Positions 25,913 through 34,808 of a stretch of 64,000 bases of DNA are shown in pieces. How positions within the stretch are numbered: the first letter of the stretch is position 1; the number at the start of each line of letters is the position of its first letter. The notes beneath the pieces are model-generated. The model worked only from the letters and a program-made list of their open reading frames with translations, searched no databases and was not told the DNA's origin. Source of the stretch: Gemmatimonadota bacterium (GTDB taxonomy: Bacteria > Gemmatimonadota > Gemmatimonadetes > Gemmatimonadales > GWC2-71-9); the NCBI GenBank assembly GCA_039586365.1, contig JBDHKN010000006.1:64001-128000 (forward strand), read 5' to 3'. The position numbers and the translations under genes were made by a program.

Positions 25913-27022
25913 TCAGTCATGGCGTTCGCCATGCGCGAGTTCCCCTGGTTTGGGCAGCTTGTCGCGCGGCAGCTCGATGCGAAACACGGAGCCCTCACCT
26001 TCCTCAGATCTGAATGAGACCGTGCCGCCGTGCTGGTGCACGGCCTTTCTGGTTGTGAGTAGCCCTAGCCCGACACCCTTGTCGGAGCCCTTGGTAGTAA
26101 CGAACCTCGTGAACACCTTTCTTCTGATTTCGTATTCCATCCCCCGACCATTGTCAGCGACTTCATACACCAGCATGCCGTTGCTTTCTCGTGTCGACAG
26201 TGTCACGACGAACTTCCGGTTCTTGTCAGTCACACCACAGGCATCCAAGGCGTTTGACACCAGGTTGGCTAGGCACGTGTGGATGCCTTCTTCATCCAGA
26301 GGCGCCGGAGGGATACCGTCTTGCAGATCTATCCGCAGTTCGATTCCCAGTTGGGTCGCTCGTTCCCGAAACAGCTCCACGACCTTGCGTGCGGGGTTGT
26401 TAGGGTCGACCAGCGTCACTTGTGCCACACCACCCTTGGCAAAGTCCAGAAATTCCTTTACGAACTCCGAGATCCGAGCGATGTTTTCCTCCAGCATGGT
26501 CCACCCCCGGGCAACACGTTCATCATCTTCCCGCTCTATCCCGGTGTTGACCGCGTAGATGCCCCCTTCCAAGCCCATGAGTACGTTCTTGATGCCATGG
26601 GCGATCCCTGCCACGGTCTCTCCCACGGTAGCCAGCCGCTCAGCTTCGCGTTTCTCGTTTTCCAGTTGTTTCACCAAGGTGATGTCCGTGGACATCTCAA
26701 TGACATAGGGGATTTCACCATCGACGCGAGTGATGGGAATCATCTGCACCAAGTAGTGGCTCTTCCCACCTCTGCTATAGGTCCCCTCCTCCTCGCGGGT
26801 GCGGATCCTTCCGTCAGTGAAGGCCTCCGACGCGGCGCACCGCAAGCAACGATCTGACCGACCTTTGTAGATCTCGAAACACTGACGGCCCTCCCAGGGT
26901 CCGTACTCCTCGCTGAAGCGCCGGTTCGCTCGGACGATATTGAAGTCCTTGTCGATGACACAGATGCCCACTGGTACCTCGTTGAACAGGTTTGCCTTGA
27001 GCCAAGCATCGATCGTCTTCAT
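25913..27022 (-). CDS. Soluble PAS sensor histidine kinase
   Basis: PAS with CFEIYKGRSDRCLRC; H-box AHGIKN; NLVSNALDA, DNGRG, GVGLGL. Confidence 0.92.
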   Translation of the reverse strand: MKTIDAWLKANLFNEVPVGICVIDKDFNIVRANRRFSEEYGPWEGRQCFEIYKGRSDRCLRCAASEAFTDGRIRTREEEGTYSRGGKSHYLVQMIPITRVDGEIPYVIEMSTDITLVKQLENEKREAERLATVGETVAGIAHGIKNVLMGLEGGIYAVNTGIEREDDERVARGWTMLEENIARISEFVKEFLDFAKGGVAQVTLVDPNNPARKVVELFRERATQLGIELRIDLQDGIPPAPLDEEGIHTCLANLVSNALDACGVTDKNRKFVVTLSTRESNGMLVYEVADNGRGMEYEIRRKVFTRFVTTKGSDKGVGLGLLTTRKAVHQHGGTVSFRSEEGEGSVFRIELPRDKLPKPGELAHGERHD

Positions 27023-29004
27023 GACGGATCACGGACCATCGACTGAATGGCTGAAGGCGTATCGCTGTACGCGCGGGACACCTCGGTGCCAGGGGCCATG
27101 CGGCGCAATTCCAGACTGCGGTCCACGTCGTGGCATGTATCGCAACGGTCCAGCGTGGGCGGATGACTTCCTGGATCTTCCGCTAATCGTCGTTCGTGGC
27201 AACTTTCGCACAGACCATGCATCGCGTGCATATAGCCGACGGCTGCCTGCCAGCGGTCCTGTGGTGGCTCGACGAAGGAAGCCACTGCCACCAATTCCTC
27301 GTGGCACTCGGCACAGGGAGCAGCTGTCTCGTAGCTCTTCGCGGCCTCAGGATCCTGATGGCACTCAAGGCATGCAGCGTTGCCTCCTAGCTTCTGTACG
27401 TGAGACATGTGGTTGAAGACCGATGTCGGCTCGTACATGTCACGGTGGCACTCATAGCACGCCGTGTTTCGGTCGTACGGCTTGTTGATGTGGTGACACA
27501 CTGTGCATGAACCTTCGTCTTCCAGGCGCGCTTTGTGTGCTTCGTGATCCAAGAGTACGGGATAGCCGTTTCTATTGCCGTCAATCATCAGGAGCGGCAT
27601 GGTCGCTCCGTCGCTCGGCCCCGTGCCAACATGATCTGGGAGTTCGAGTCTCCTGCCGGGACCACTCTGTCGGGGGACTGCAATACCGTCCACCGTGCGC
27701 GCCGGCGAGACGGGTGTTCTTGCGGGTACCAGGCCCAGTATCGCCTTGTCGGGAAGGAGCAGTACGGCAACCGCCGCCGCGGCAATGGTGATCAAGGAGA
27801 ATCTGCGGGGGGCAACTAGTTTGTGAGGCAGCAGGCCGTGCAGGGTGGCCGGATCAAATGAAGGTCTCGTCACGCGACCGGCATCCGGTTCTGCTTCGTA
27901 GACGTTGAAGCGTTCCACGAAGAAGAGGAAGATCAGGACAGCGCCCGATACGATGCCCAAGCTCACTGCGAACTCCATCCAACTCGGGAAGTACGCCAGA
28001 TCCTCCGGCCGGGCGAACGCCACGATGCAGACGTCGAGCCTGTAGAGTACCATGCCGAGGATTGTCAGTGCCGAACACAGTCCCAGGCCCGCAATGCTGG
28101 ATCGCACTGGCTTCAGCAGTAGGAGGCCAGCCGGGATGACAGCGCTAATCCCGAGTTCGGCAACGAACAGCAGGCTTTGCCAGGAACCGTCCAGGAAAGG
28201 GATCAATACACCGCGGAGGGCCAGATCACCAATGCGTAGTAGGACATACAATCCCAGAACCACCGCAGCTACCTTCCCCAGGCCGGACAATAGCTTTGCG
28301 TGGGTCCTGTGACCGAGGAAGAACGCGGCCAACAGCGACTCCATCACGACCATCATGAGTCCGAGTGCCACAGCCGACACGAAGAAGAGCACATACATGA
28401 TGGGGCTGTACCATAGCGGGTGAAGCCGATACGGTGTGATGAGAAACAGTGATCCGAGTGACGACTGGTGCAGTGTGGAGAGGATGATTCCCGCGATGAC
28501 CAGCGGGATGGTGATCCTCTTCAGAGCCTTGAGCGGCTTGTGCAGCGCCGAGCCTGTGAAGCGTGGGTGTTCCAGTACGACGGGTGCGAATTCCAGGGTG
28601 AGCACCGCCAGGTACAGCATCACGCAGGCCGCCACTTCGAACAGCACGGAGTGGTACTGCCAGTAGATTGCAGGATGCCAGATGTGCCAGGGCACGCCGA
28701 GGTCGTAGAACAGCCCCACCGCCACGGCGATGTATCCGAGGAAAGCAGTGAGGATCGCGGGTCGCACGAAAGGCCTGTACTTCTCGATGCCGAAGATGTA
28801 TACGGTCGCTGCCAGCACGAACCCACCTGCCGCCAGCGCCACTCCGCCCATGACGTCGAATCCTATCCAAAGCCCCCACGGCGCGGCGTCGGACAAGTTG
28901 GTGACAGCGCCGAGGCCATGGATGAAGCGCACCGCAGTGATGGCGGTGAGCACACCAACCAAAGCCCATAGAACTGACTTGAGAGCGTAGAGTCGCTTAT
29001 TCAT
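27019..29004 (-). CDS. NrfD/HybB/HmcC-type membrane protein fused to a six-heme cytochrome c3-like domain
   Basis: TNLSD..PWGLWIGFD, DLG.PW, LSTLHQSSLGSL, HPLW; then CTVCH, CYECH, CLECH, CAECH, CESCH, CDTCH; start taken at ATG 29004. Confidence 0.92.
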   Translation of the reverse strand: MNKRLYALKSVLWALVGVLTAITAVRFIHGLGAVTNLSDAAPWGLWIGFDVMGGVALAAGGFVLAATVYIFGIEKYRPFVRPAILTAFLGYIAVAVGLFYDLGVPWHIWHPAIYWQYHSVLFEVAACVMLYLAVLTLEFAPVVLEHPRFTGSALHKPLKALKRITIPLVIAGIILSTLHQSSLGSLFLITPYRLHPLWYSPIMYVLFFVSAVALGLMMVVMESLLAAFFLGHRTHAKLLSGLGKVAAVVLGLYVLLRIGDLALRGVLIPFLDGSWQSLLFVAELGISAVIPAGLLLLKPVRSSIAGLGLCSALTILGMVLYRLDVCIVAFARPEDLAYFPSWMEFAVSLGIVSGAVLIFLFFVERFNVYEAEPDAGRVTRPSFDPATLHGLLPHKLVAPRRFSLITIAAAAVAVLLLPDKAILGLVPARTPVSPARTVDGIAVPRQSGPGRRLELPDHVGTGPSDGATMPLLMIDGNRNGYPVLLDHEAHKARLEDEGSCTVCHHINKPYDRNTACYECHRDMYEPTSVFNHMSHVQKLGGNAACLECHQDPEAAKSYETAAPCAECHEELVAVASFVEPPQDRWQAAVGYMHAMHGLCESCHERRLAEDPGSHPPTLDRCDTCHDVDRSLELRRMAPGTEVSRAYSDTPSAIQSMVRDPS

Positions 29005-29824
29005 CGCGTCCCTCGCCGTCACCTGCGTCGTCAGTCTTCGCACCGTGGTCTGCGGCGGACGAAACCCCCAAGGCCGTCTGCGAAGCTAGCTTGATCCGCC
29101 GACCGATGATCCAGTAGATCCCGGTCATTAGACCGCCGACCCCAAGCATCAGTGGGGGCACCTTGTGGAGGGCGGCCCAAGTGCGTTCGGGAAGGGGTTG
29201 CGGTCCCAGGTCGGGATGCCAGGCGAGAAAATCGAGCGGAATATCCGAGATGTAGAGCACGGATGTGCCACCGACCTCGTGTTCTCCAAATACCCGTGGG
29301 TAGTATTGCCCGGGATTTGCATCCAGACGGCGATGTGCCTCTTCTAGCAGCTCCGAACGTGACCCAAAAACGGTTGCTTCTTCAGGACATGCCTCCACAC
29401 ACGCTGGAATTCCTCCCTCTCTAATCCTGTGAATGCAGAAAGTGCACTTGCGTACATAGGAAACCCGCTCGTGCCATTCGTACCGCGGGATGCTGTAGGG
29501 ACAGGCAGCCAGACAATAGCGACAGCCCATGCATTTGTCGGGATCGTAGGTAACCGGACCCTCAGGAATCTTCTGCATGGCGCCAACCAGGCACGCGCTC
29601 ACGCAGGCCGGTTCCAGACAGTGGCGGCACTGCTGACGGACGTAGTGCTCGTTCGGGCGCCTGATGATCGTGCAGAAGCGCGTGGACGATAGGTCACTGA
29701 CCGCTGCTTGTCCCCGCCAGGGATGATCACGACCGAGTTCGTTTTCCTCCTTGCAGGCAGCAACACACTTCTCGCAACCAGTACAACGTGTTGTGTCGGT
29801 GAGGATAGCAACGGGTTGCGTCAT
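28997..29824 (-). CDS. HybA/HmcB-like 4x[4Fe-4S] electron-transfer subunit with C-terminal TM anchor
   Basis: CTGCEKCVAAC, CRHCLEPACVSAC, CMGCRYCLAACP, KCTFC...PACVEACP, EVGGTSVLY. Confidence 0.9.
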   Translation of the reverse strand: MTQPVAILTDTTRCTGCEKCVAACKEENELGRDHPWRGQAAVSDLSSTRFCTIIRRPNEHYVRQQCRHCLEPACVSACLVGAMQKIPEGPVTYDPDKCMGCRYCLAACPYSIPRYEWHERVSYVRKCTFCIHRIREGGIPACVEACPEEATVFGSRSELLEEAHRRLDANPGQYYPRVFGEHEVGGTSVLYISDIPLDFLAWHPDLGPQPLPERTWAALHKVPPLMLGVGGLMTGIYWIIGRRIKLASQTALGVSSAADHGAKTDDAGDGEGRDE

Positions 29825-30522
29825 ATTGGTTGCTCCTCTTTTCCGAGCATCGTACCGACCCTGCGGCCGGCATCTGGCGGGAAGTGCCAGGCCAGCTCGG
29901 ATACGAATTGAGTTTCTGGGAGCAGAATCATGTGGCTCAGCTTGGTGAGCGGAATCAAAATCAATAGCACATCGGCGCTCATTGCGTGGATGAAAACCGT
30001 CACATCGTATGGAATGGGATTCAACTGTGGATGGAGGATTAGGAATCCAGATATGAACGGCAGCGCGATCACCACTGGCAATGCGTAGTCCTGGAAGCGG
30101 CTCAGGCTCCTGGAATCACGGGCTGTGGCCCGCTGTATCACGAGGATTGCTGCTGTAACGATAGCCATTATGGTCAGAACGTCTGCGAAGCCGTTGGAAA
30201 TGGCCGGCCAGGACAGGCCCGTGCCCGATTCCCATAGCGCGATGTGGCCTGCCAGGAAGACCGGGACTACGATGATCGAGATATGAAAGACAAGGGTGGT
30301 CAGACTGTAATGGAAGCGCTGTCTGATCTGGCCTAAAGGAAGCAACCACTTGATGGTTGCAATGAGGGCCATCCGATACGGAATAGTCTTGTCACCGGCC
30401 CGGCTCACAATCCTCTTCATCTCCCAGACGGTCATCATTGCATGTCGCAACAGACCCAGCACCATGAACACGAAGGCTGCGCGGAAGAGCGGCCCACGAG
30501 CAAACTCAATCCAGGCTTCCAA
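29821..30522 (-). CDS. HmcE/TmcC-like NarI-family diheme b membrane anchor, module 3
   Basis: FARGPL, FHISIIVVPVFLAGH, IHAMSADVLLILIPLTKLSH (four His). Confidence 0.87.
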   Translation of the reverse strand: MEAWIEFARGPLFRAAFVFMVLGLLRHAMMTVWEMKRIVSRAGDKTIPYRMALIATIKWLLPLGQIRQRFHYSLTTLVFHISIIVVPVFLAGHIALWESGTGLSWPAISNGFADVLTIMAIVTAAILVIQRATARDSRSLSRFQDYALPVVIALPFISGFLILHPQLNPIPYDVTVFIHAMSADVLLILIPLTKLSHMILLPETQFVSELAWHFPPDAGRRVGTMLGKEEQPI

Positions 30523-30534
30523 TCTCTGCTCTCC

Positions 30535-31971
30535 TTATGTTTTTTCGGAGCGCAGCGGCAGCTGCCCGTCCGTTTGTTGGCTCATGTCTTCGCCGCTCCG
30601 GTCTTCTCCGTTCCCGTTCTCAGGGACTCCGAAGTCAATCACCTTCAGTAACAGGTCATGTAGGCCCACTACCTCCACCTCCTCCAGATCGTTGTCCTCG
30701 CAGACTTCGCGCAGTTGTTTCTTACAGTTAGCGCAAGGAGATACCAGGATTTGTGCCCCAGTGGCCCGGATCTGGTCAGCCTTGCGCTTTCCCATCGGCC
30801 CCGTTCGGAATGCGCGGATTTCATCGATGGACACTGTGCCCCCTCCTCCACCGCAGCAGTAGTTCTTGGTGCGGTTTGGGACCATGTCCACGAAATCCCT
30901 GCAAATAGCTTTGAGAATCTCTCTTGGCTCCTCAGTTATCCGTCCACTACGAGCAATGTTGCAGGGATCGTGATAGGTCACGCGCTCTTCGATGCGGCTA
31001 TTCTTGAGTGGTATTCTGCCCGCCTCAAGCATCTCATGGGTGTACTGCATGCAGTTGACTACTTGGGGGGCGTCCGGACCGCAGAAGGTGGGTATGTACC
31101 AAGCGCTTCGTGTCGCGTGGCCGCATTCTCCCACCAGGACTTTGCTACTTCCGAGACGGCGGACTTCAGAGACCACGTTGTGGACAATTCGTTCCATCAT
31201 CCGGTCACTGTAGAACAACCCGTAGTTGATTCCATCATAGTTGCCGGTACCGATGGTCCAGGATCCGCCAGAGACGTGCATTACCGCTGCATTCCCCATG
31301 AGGGTGTCTGCTTCGAGTAGGTAGTCGGACACCGCCGGGAAGAAGACGTATTCTGCTCCTTCAACGTCGAACGGGAATTTGACGGCGGCGCGGTAGATCT
31401 CCTCGAGTTCCTCTTCCAAGAATTCACAAGTGTCTTTGAGCGCTGGCACTGGGATCGCAGAGGTGTTACCTACGCCTTCGAGTTGCTCTCGTACGGAAGC
31501 CAGCAGTGCCTTGGGAATGACGTCGATCTCAGCCAGCAGCCAACGAGCCAAGTGCGTGATTAGGGCGTGGTCGATTCCTATGGGGCAGGTTGCCTTGCAC
31601 CGGCGGCAGGCAGTGCACCGGTAGTATTCCTCGGCCATTTCGTCCAGGTACTCATTTGTCAGAGCAAACCCTCCGAACAGCCTGGCCTTGGCGACACCAC
31701 TCTGCATGAAGTACCGTCGATACACGCGGAGCAGCAATTCGGAGCGACGACAAGGGATATCGCGCTCTTCCTGCGTGGTTTCGTATAGCTGACAGGATGC
31801 TCCGCAGCGGGCGCACTTGGCGCTCAACCGGGCATAGGTATCCAGAGCAAGGCCATAGTTACCTGCGTCAAGCACGGCCGCGAACGCCTCGAGGAACTTG
31901 CGGGGACGCTCCGTCACTTCGAGCGCCCTGGACTCGACATAGTAGCTGTATTTGTCCCGACCACTCACCAT
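30535..31971 (-). CDS. HmcF/TmcB/DsrK-like Fe-S oxidoreductase (CCG domain), module 3
   Basis: CARCGASC, CTACRRCKATCP, GECGH, HDPC, CCGGGGG, CANC; start taken at ATG 31971. Confidence 0.88.
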   Translation of the reverse strand: MVSGRDKYSYYVESRALEVTERPRKFLEAFAAVLDAGNYGLALDTYARLSAKCARCGASCQLYETTQEERDIPCRRSELLLRVYRRYFMQSGVAKARLFGGFALTNEYLDEMAEEYYRCTACRRCKATCPIGIDHALITHLARWLLAEIDVIPKALLASVREQLEGVGNTSAIPVPALKDTCEFLEEELEEIYRAAVKFPFDVEGAEYVFFPAVSDYLLEADTLMGNAAVMHVSGGSWTIGTGNYDGINYGLFYSDRMMERIVHNVVSEVRRLGSSKVLVGECGHATRSAWYIPTFCGPDAPQVVNCMQYTHEMLEAGRIPLKNSRIEERVTYHDPCNIARSGRITEEPREILKAICRDFVDMVPNRTKNYCCGGGGGTVSIDEIRAFRTGPMGKRKADQIRATGAQILVSPCANCKKQLREVCEDNDLEEVEVVGLHDLLLKVIDFGVPENGNGEDRSGEDMSQQTDGQLPLRSEKT

Positions 31972-32009
31972 TATCTTCTTCTTCCTCTGTGTTTTCCCAT
32001 CGATCGCAA

Positions 32010-32348
32010 CTAAGTCTGGCCGTGCGGGTGACCTAAATTCCTGGCAACGAGCTGTCCCCGGAGGTACAGAGCCAATAGATCGTCGACCTTTCCCGAGACC
32101 CAAGAGATTACTTGAATGCCGTTGGCGCGTAGCGAGTCTTCGAAGATGTCCTGCACACCGCCGCAGATTATGATGTCGACTGCCTGGTCGCGTAGCAGCC
32201 GTACACGGTCAAATGGCTCCCTACTGCAAAGCGTGAAGTCGATCTGGTCTACCACATGGCCATCCCGGATCGAGAAAATCGCCATGGTGCTGCAGTATCC
32301 GAAGCACGGTGCCACGGCTTCTCCCATGCGGGGAATGGCGATTCTCAT
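32010..32348 (-). CDS. NifB/NifX-family (FeMo-co-binding fold, orange-protein-like) small protein
   Basis: MRIAIP...VAPCFG, VDIIICGG, L..NGIQVI..VSG. Confidence 0.85.
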   Translation of the reverse strand: MRIAIPRMGEAVAPCFGYCSTMAIFSIRDGHVVDQIDFTLCSREPFDRVRLLRDQAVDIIICGGVQDIFEDSLRANGIQVISWVSGKVDDLLALYLRGQLVARNLGHPHGQT

Positions 32349-32374
32349 CTTGGCATCTCTCCGCAGCCTGCAGG

Positions 32375-32390
32375 GGCAAGTCGCAAGCCA
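32375..32390 (-). promoter_or_regulatory. Sigma54 promoter of the Hmc-like operon
   Basis: - strand TGGCTTGCGACTTGCC (GG-N10-GC, TTGC at -12) about 27 nt upstream of ATG 32348, next to a sigma54 activator gene. Confidence 0.65.
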
Positions 32391-32532
32391 ATCCTGCCGA
32401 CTGGGTGGATTGCTGTGCTAGGTCTTTAAGGGATAAGGAGTTGTGTACATACTGAGTCGAGTGGAGCAACAGAGAGGCGTTTCACAATTGGAATACGCTC
32501 ACCGAGACCTATTCCAGAAGTGAAGCAATCGA

Positions 32533-33891
32533 TCAGTTGTCTCGGAACATATGCGCGTCGATACCATGCTTGGTTAGCTTGCGCCATAAGGTCGCGCGGC
32601 TTACGCCCAACTCCGTTGCCGAACGACCTAGATGCCCTGCGTTGCGACTCAAAGCTGCCTGGATGGCATCAGCTTCCGCTCGTTGCAGTGGCGAATGGGG
32701 TTCCGTACGGTGCATTGCCGTGCCACGCCGTCCCTTTGGCTGGAGTTCCTCCGGCAGGTGGTGGACCTCAATGGATCCATTGTGGCACAGGGCAAACCCG
32801 TATTCGATCAAGTTCTCCAGTTCTCGCACGTTTCCGGGGAAGCTGTGCCGCATAAAGACCTCCATCACGGCTGAACTGACGCCTGATATGTTCTTACCGC
32901 GTTTGGCATTGAACCGTGCAATGAAGTGGTCCACTAGGTACGGGATGTCTTCGCGTCGCTCGGAAAGCGGTGGTATTGCTAGCCGGACCACCGCCAGGCG
33001 GAAATAGAGGTCGTCACGGAACAGCCCACGGCTCACCAAATCAGAGAGCTTCCGGTTCGTGGCCGCCACAACGCGTACGTCCGCCTTTTGTGACTTCACG
33101 CCGCCTAGCGGTTCGTACTCACGCTCCTGGAGGATCCGCAGCAACTTGACCTGAATCTCCGGTGACAGATCTCCTATCTCGTCGAAGAATATTGTACCGC
33201 CCTCGGCCACAGCGATGCGGCCCGGTTTGTCTCTCTTTGCATCAGTAAATGCGCCTTGCTTGTAGCCGAAGAGCTCGGACTCAACGAGGTTGGTTGGCAG
33301 TGTGCCGCAGTTGACTACTACGTAGGGCTTCTTGCGCCGCGGACTCAGGTTGTGGATGGCCCTGGCCAGAAGTTCCTTGCCGGAACCGCTTGGTCCTTCG
33401 AGCAGTACCGTGCTTTCACTCTGGGCTATGTCCGGCAGGATGGCGAAGATCTTCTGAAAAGCTTCACTCTTGCCGATGATGTCCTCGTAAGTGTATTGAC
33501 TCTGAATTTCACGCCTTAGCTGTTCGATAGCCGACAGGTCACGAAATGTTTCGACCGCACCAAGGGCCTCACCGCCTTCCCGCCGCAGGACAGCGGTGCT
33601 GACACTGATGGGTATGGCACGGCCATTTGAGTTCAGGATCCTGGCCGGGCGATCGATGACCTCTCGTCTCGTTTCGAGGGTCTCTTTGATGGCGCAGCTC
33701 TGTTCGCAAATGTCCGCATGAAAAACCTCGGAGCACCGCTTCCCGATTGCGTCCCTGGCGGACACTCCCGTGATTCTCTCGGCTGCGTTGTTGAACGATG
33801 TGATGCGCCAATCGCCGTCAATCGTGAACACTCCATCTGCCACGCAGCGCAGGACTGTCTGGAAGAACTTCGCCTCGTTATCGGGTTCCAT
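32533..33891 (-). CDS. Sigma54 enhancer-binding protein, PAS-AAA-Fis HTH (OrpR-like)
   Basis: PAS with CSEVFHADICEQSC; GPSGSGKE, ESELFG..QGAFTDA, FRDDLYFRL, FPGNVREL, LGVSRATLWRK. Confidence 0.93.
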   Translation of the reverse strand: MEPDNEAKFFQTVLRCVADGVFTIDGDWRITSFNNAAERITGVSARDAIGKRCSEVFHADICEQSCAIKETLETRREVIDRPARILNSNGRAIPISVSTAVLRREGGEALGAVETFRDLSAIEQLRREIQSQYTYEDIIGKSEAFQKIFAILPDIAQSESTVLLEGPSGSGKELLARAIHNLSPRRKKPYVVVNCGTLPTNLVESELFGYKQGAFTDAKRDKPGRIAVAEGGTIFFDEIGDLSPEIQVKLLRILQEREYEPLGGVKSQKADVRVVAATNRKLSDLVSRGLFRDDLYFRLAVVRLAIPPLSERREDIPYLVDHFIARFNAKRGKNISGVSSAVMEVFMRHSFPGNVRELENLIEYGFALCHNGSIEVHHLPEELQPKGRRGTAMHRTEPHSPLQRAEADAIQAALSRNAGHLGRSATELGVSRATLWRKLTKHGIDAHMFRDN

Positions 33892-34250
33892 AGGCCCACC
33901 TTAATGGTCTGTGTTCAGTCGCAACATTGCATTCTAGCAACAATCAGTCCTGCAGTACAGGTGCACGTGCCGTCAGCCTATCTTATTGACCAATTTCAGG
34001 TTATGGTGCATGACCTCAAGGCATCGACCCCGTGACGTCTCAATATTGTTACATGTGTTTTGCCTCTTGTTCCAATACTGAAAAATGCACCACAAGACGT
34101 CTCGACCGTCATATCACCGCATTGCGCGCGTGTCGACAGGCTCAACGAGGCGACGCCTCTGACGCGGACTGGCCCGTGAATCGGTTATCTTTTCAAGTTA
34201 GTGCTGGGCAAGCAAACCAGTGGGACAATCGCACAGGAGCTGAGGGCTTG

Positions 34251-34511
34251 ATGATGCACGAGATGACAACGTCGCTTGCTGCCGCCGAAGTTCTCGAGCG
34301 TGCCAAGTCGTTCTTCGCTGGGAGAGTACCGCACAGTGCAGCATTCCTTGAGAAGGAGGGGCGCGGATTCGCCACGTTCCGGGGGCAGGGAGGTGAAGAG
34401 ATCGCCCTTGCAGTCTTCGAGGGTCCGGATGGTGTTACGGTTCGCGCGTCCTCGATGTTGCATGAACAGGCGATAGGCCGCTTCTTCTCGACTCTTCCGG
34501 CTGCGGAGTAA
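34251..34511 (+). CDS. Small hypothetical protein
   Basis: AGGAG upstream; compact alpha/beta pattern; first gene of a tightly packed + strand run. Confidence 0.65.
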   Translation: MMHEMTTSLAAAEVLERAKSFFAGRVPHSAAFLEKEGRGFATFRGQGGEEIALAVFEGPDGVTVRASSMLHEQAIGRFFSTLPAAE

Positions 34512-34513
34512 GT

Positions 34514-34786
34514 GTGATGACAGCTTCTGAGCTCCAGGTTCGTGCCTGGGTCGAAGATGTGTGGGACACGGTTGTGATTGCCGCGGCACCCGATTGGACG
34601 GTGGCCCGGGTCAAGGCAGAGGCCGTAAGAGCCGCGACTGAGGTGGAGGCAAATCCCGACGGATACCAAGTCAAGCTGCACGGCGCATTGGTGTTGGACG
34701 AGACCCGTTCCCTCAGCGATCTGGGCGTTACGAATCGTACCACGTTCACGGTGCTCTCCGCCCGACGCAGACCATTCTTCCCGTAG
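34514..34786 (+). CDS. Ubiquitin-like (beta-grasp, YukD/EsaB-like) protein
   Basis: TVARVK...Y.VK..G..V.DE.RSLSDLGV....T.TVL pattern typical of Ubl folds. Confidence 0.55.
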   Translation: MMTASELQVRAWVEDVWDTVVIAAAPDWTVARVKAEAVRAATEVEANPDGYQVKLHGALVLDETRSLSDLGVTNRTTFTVLSARRRPFFP

Positions 34787-34808
34787 GGGTTACGGAGAAT
34801 ACTCCTAG

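Noticed and set aside
27638..27664. tRNA 3'-end-like string GGGAGTTCGAGTCTCCTGCCGGGACCA (possible tRNA or att site)
   Set aside because: Lies antisense inside the intact NrfD-cytochrome CDS; no matching acceptor 5' strand, D arm or anticodon arm; no integrase nearby.
32010..32348. Nitrogen fixation inferred from the NifB/NifX-family gene
   Set aside because: No nifHDK or other nif genes; the fold is common in non-diazotrophic anaerobes.
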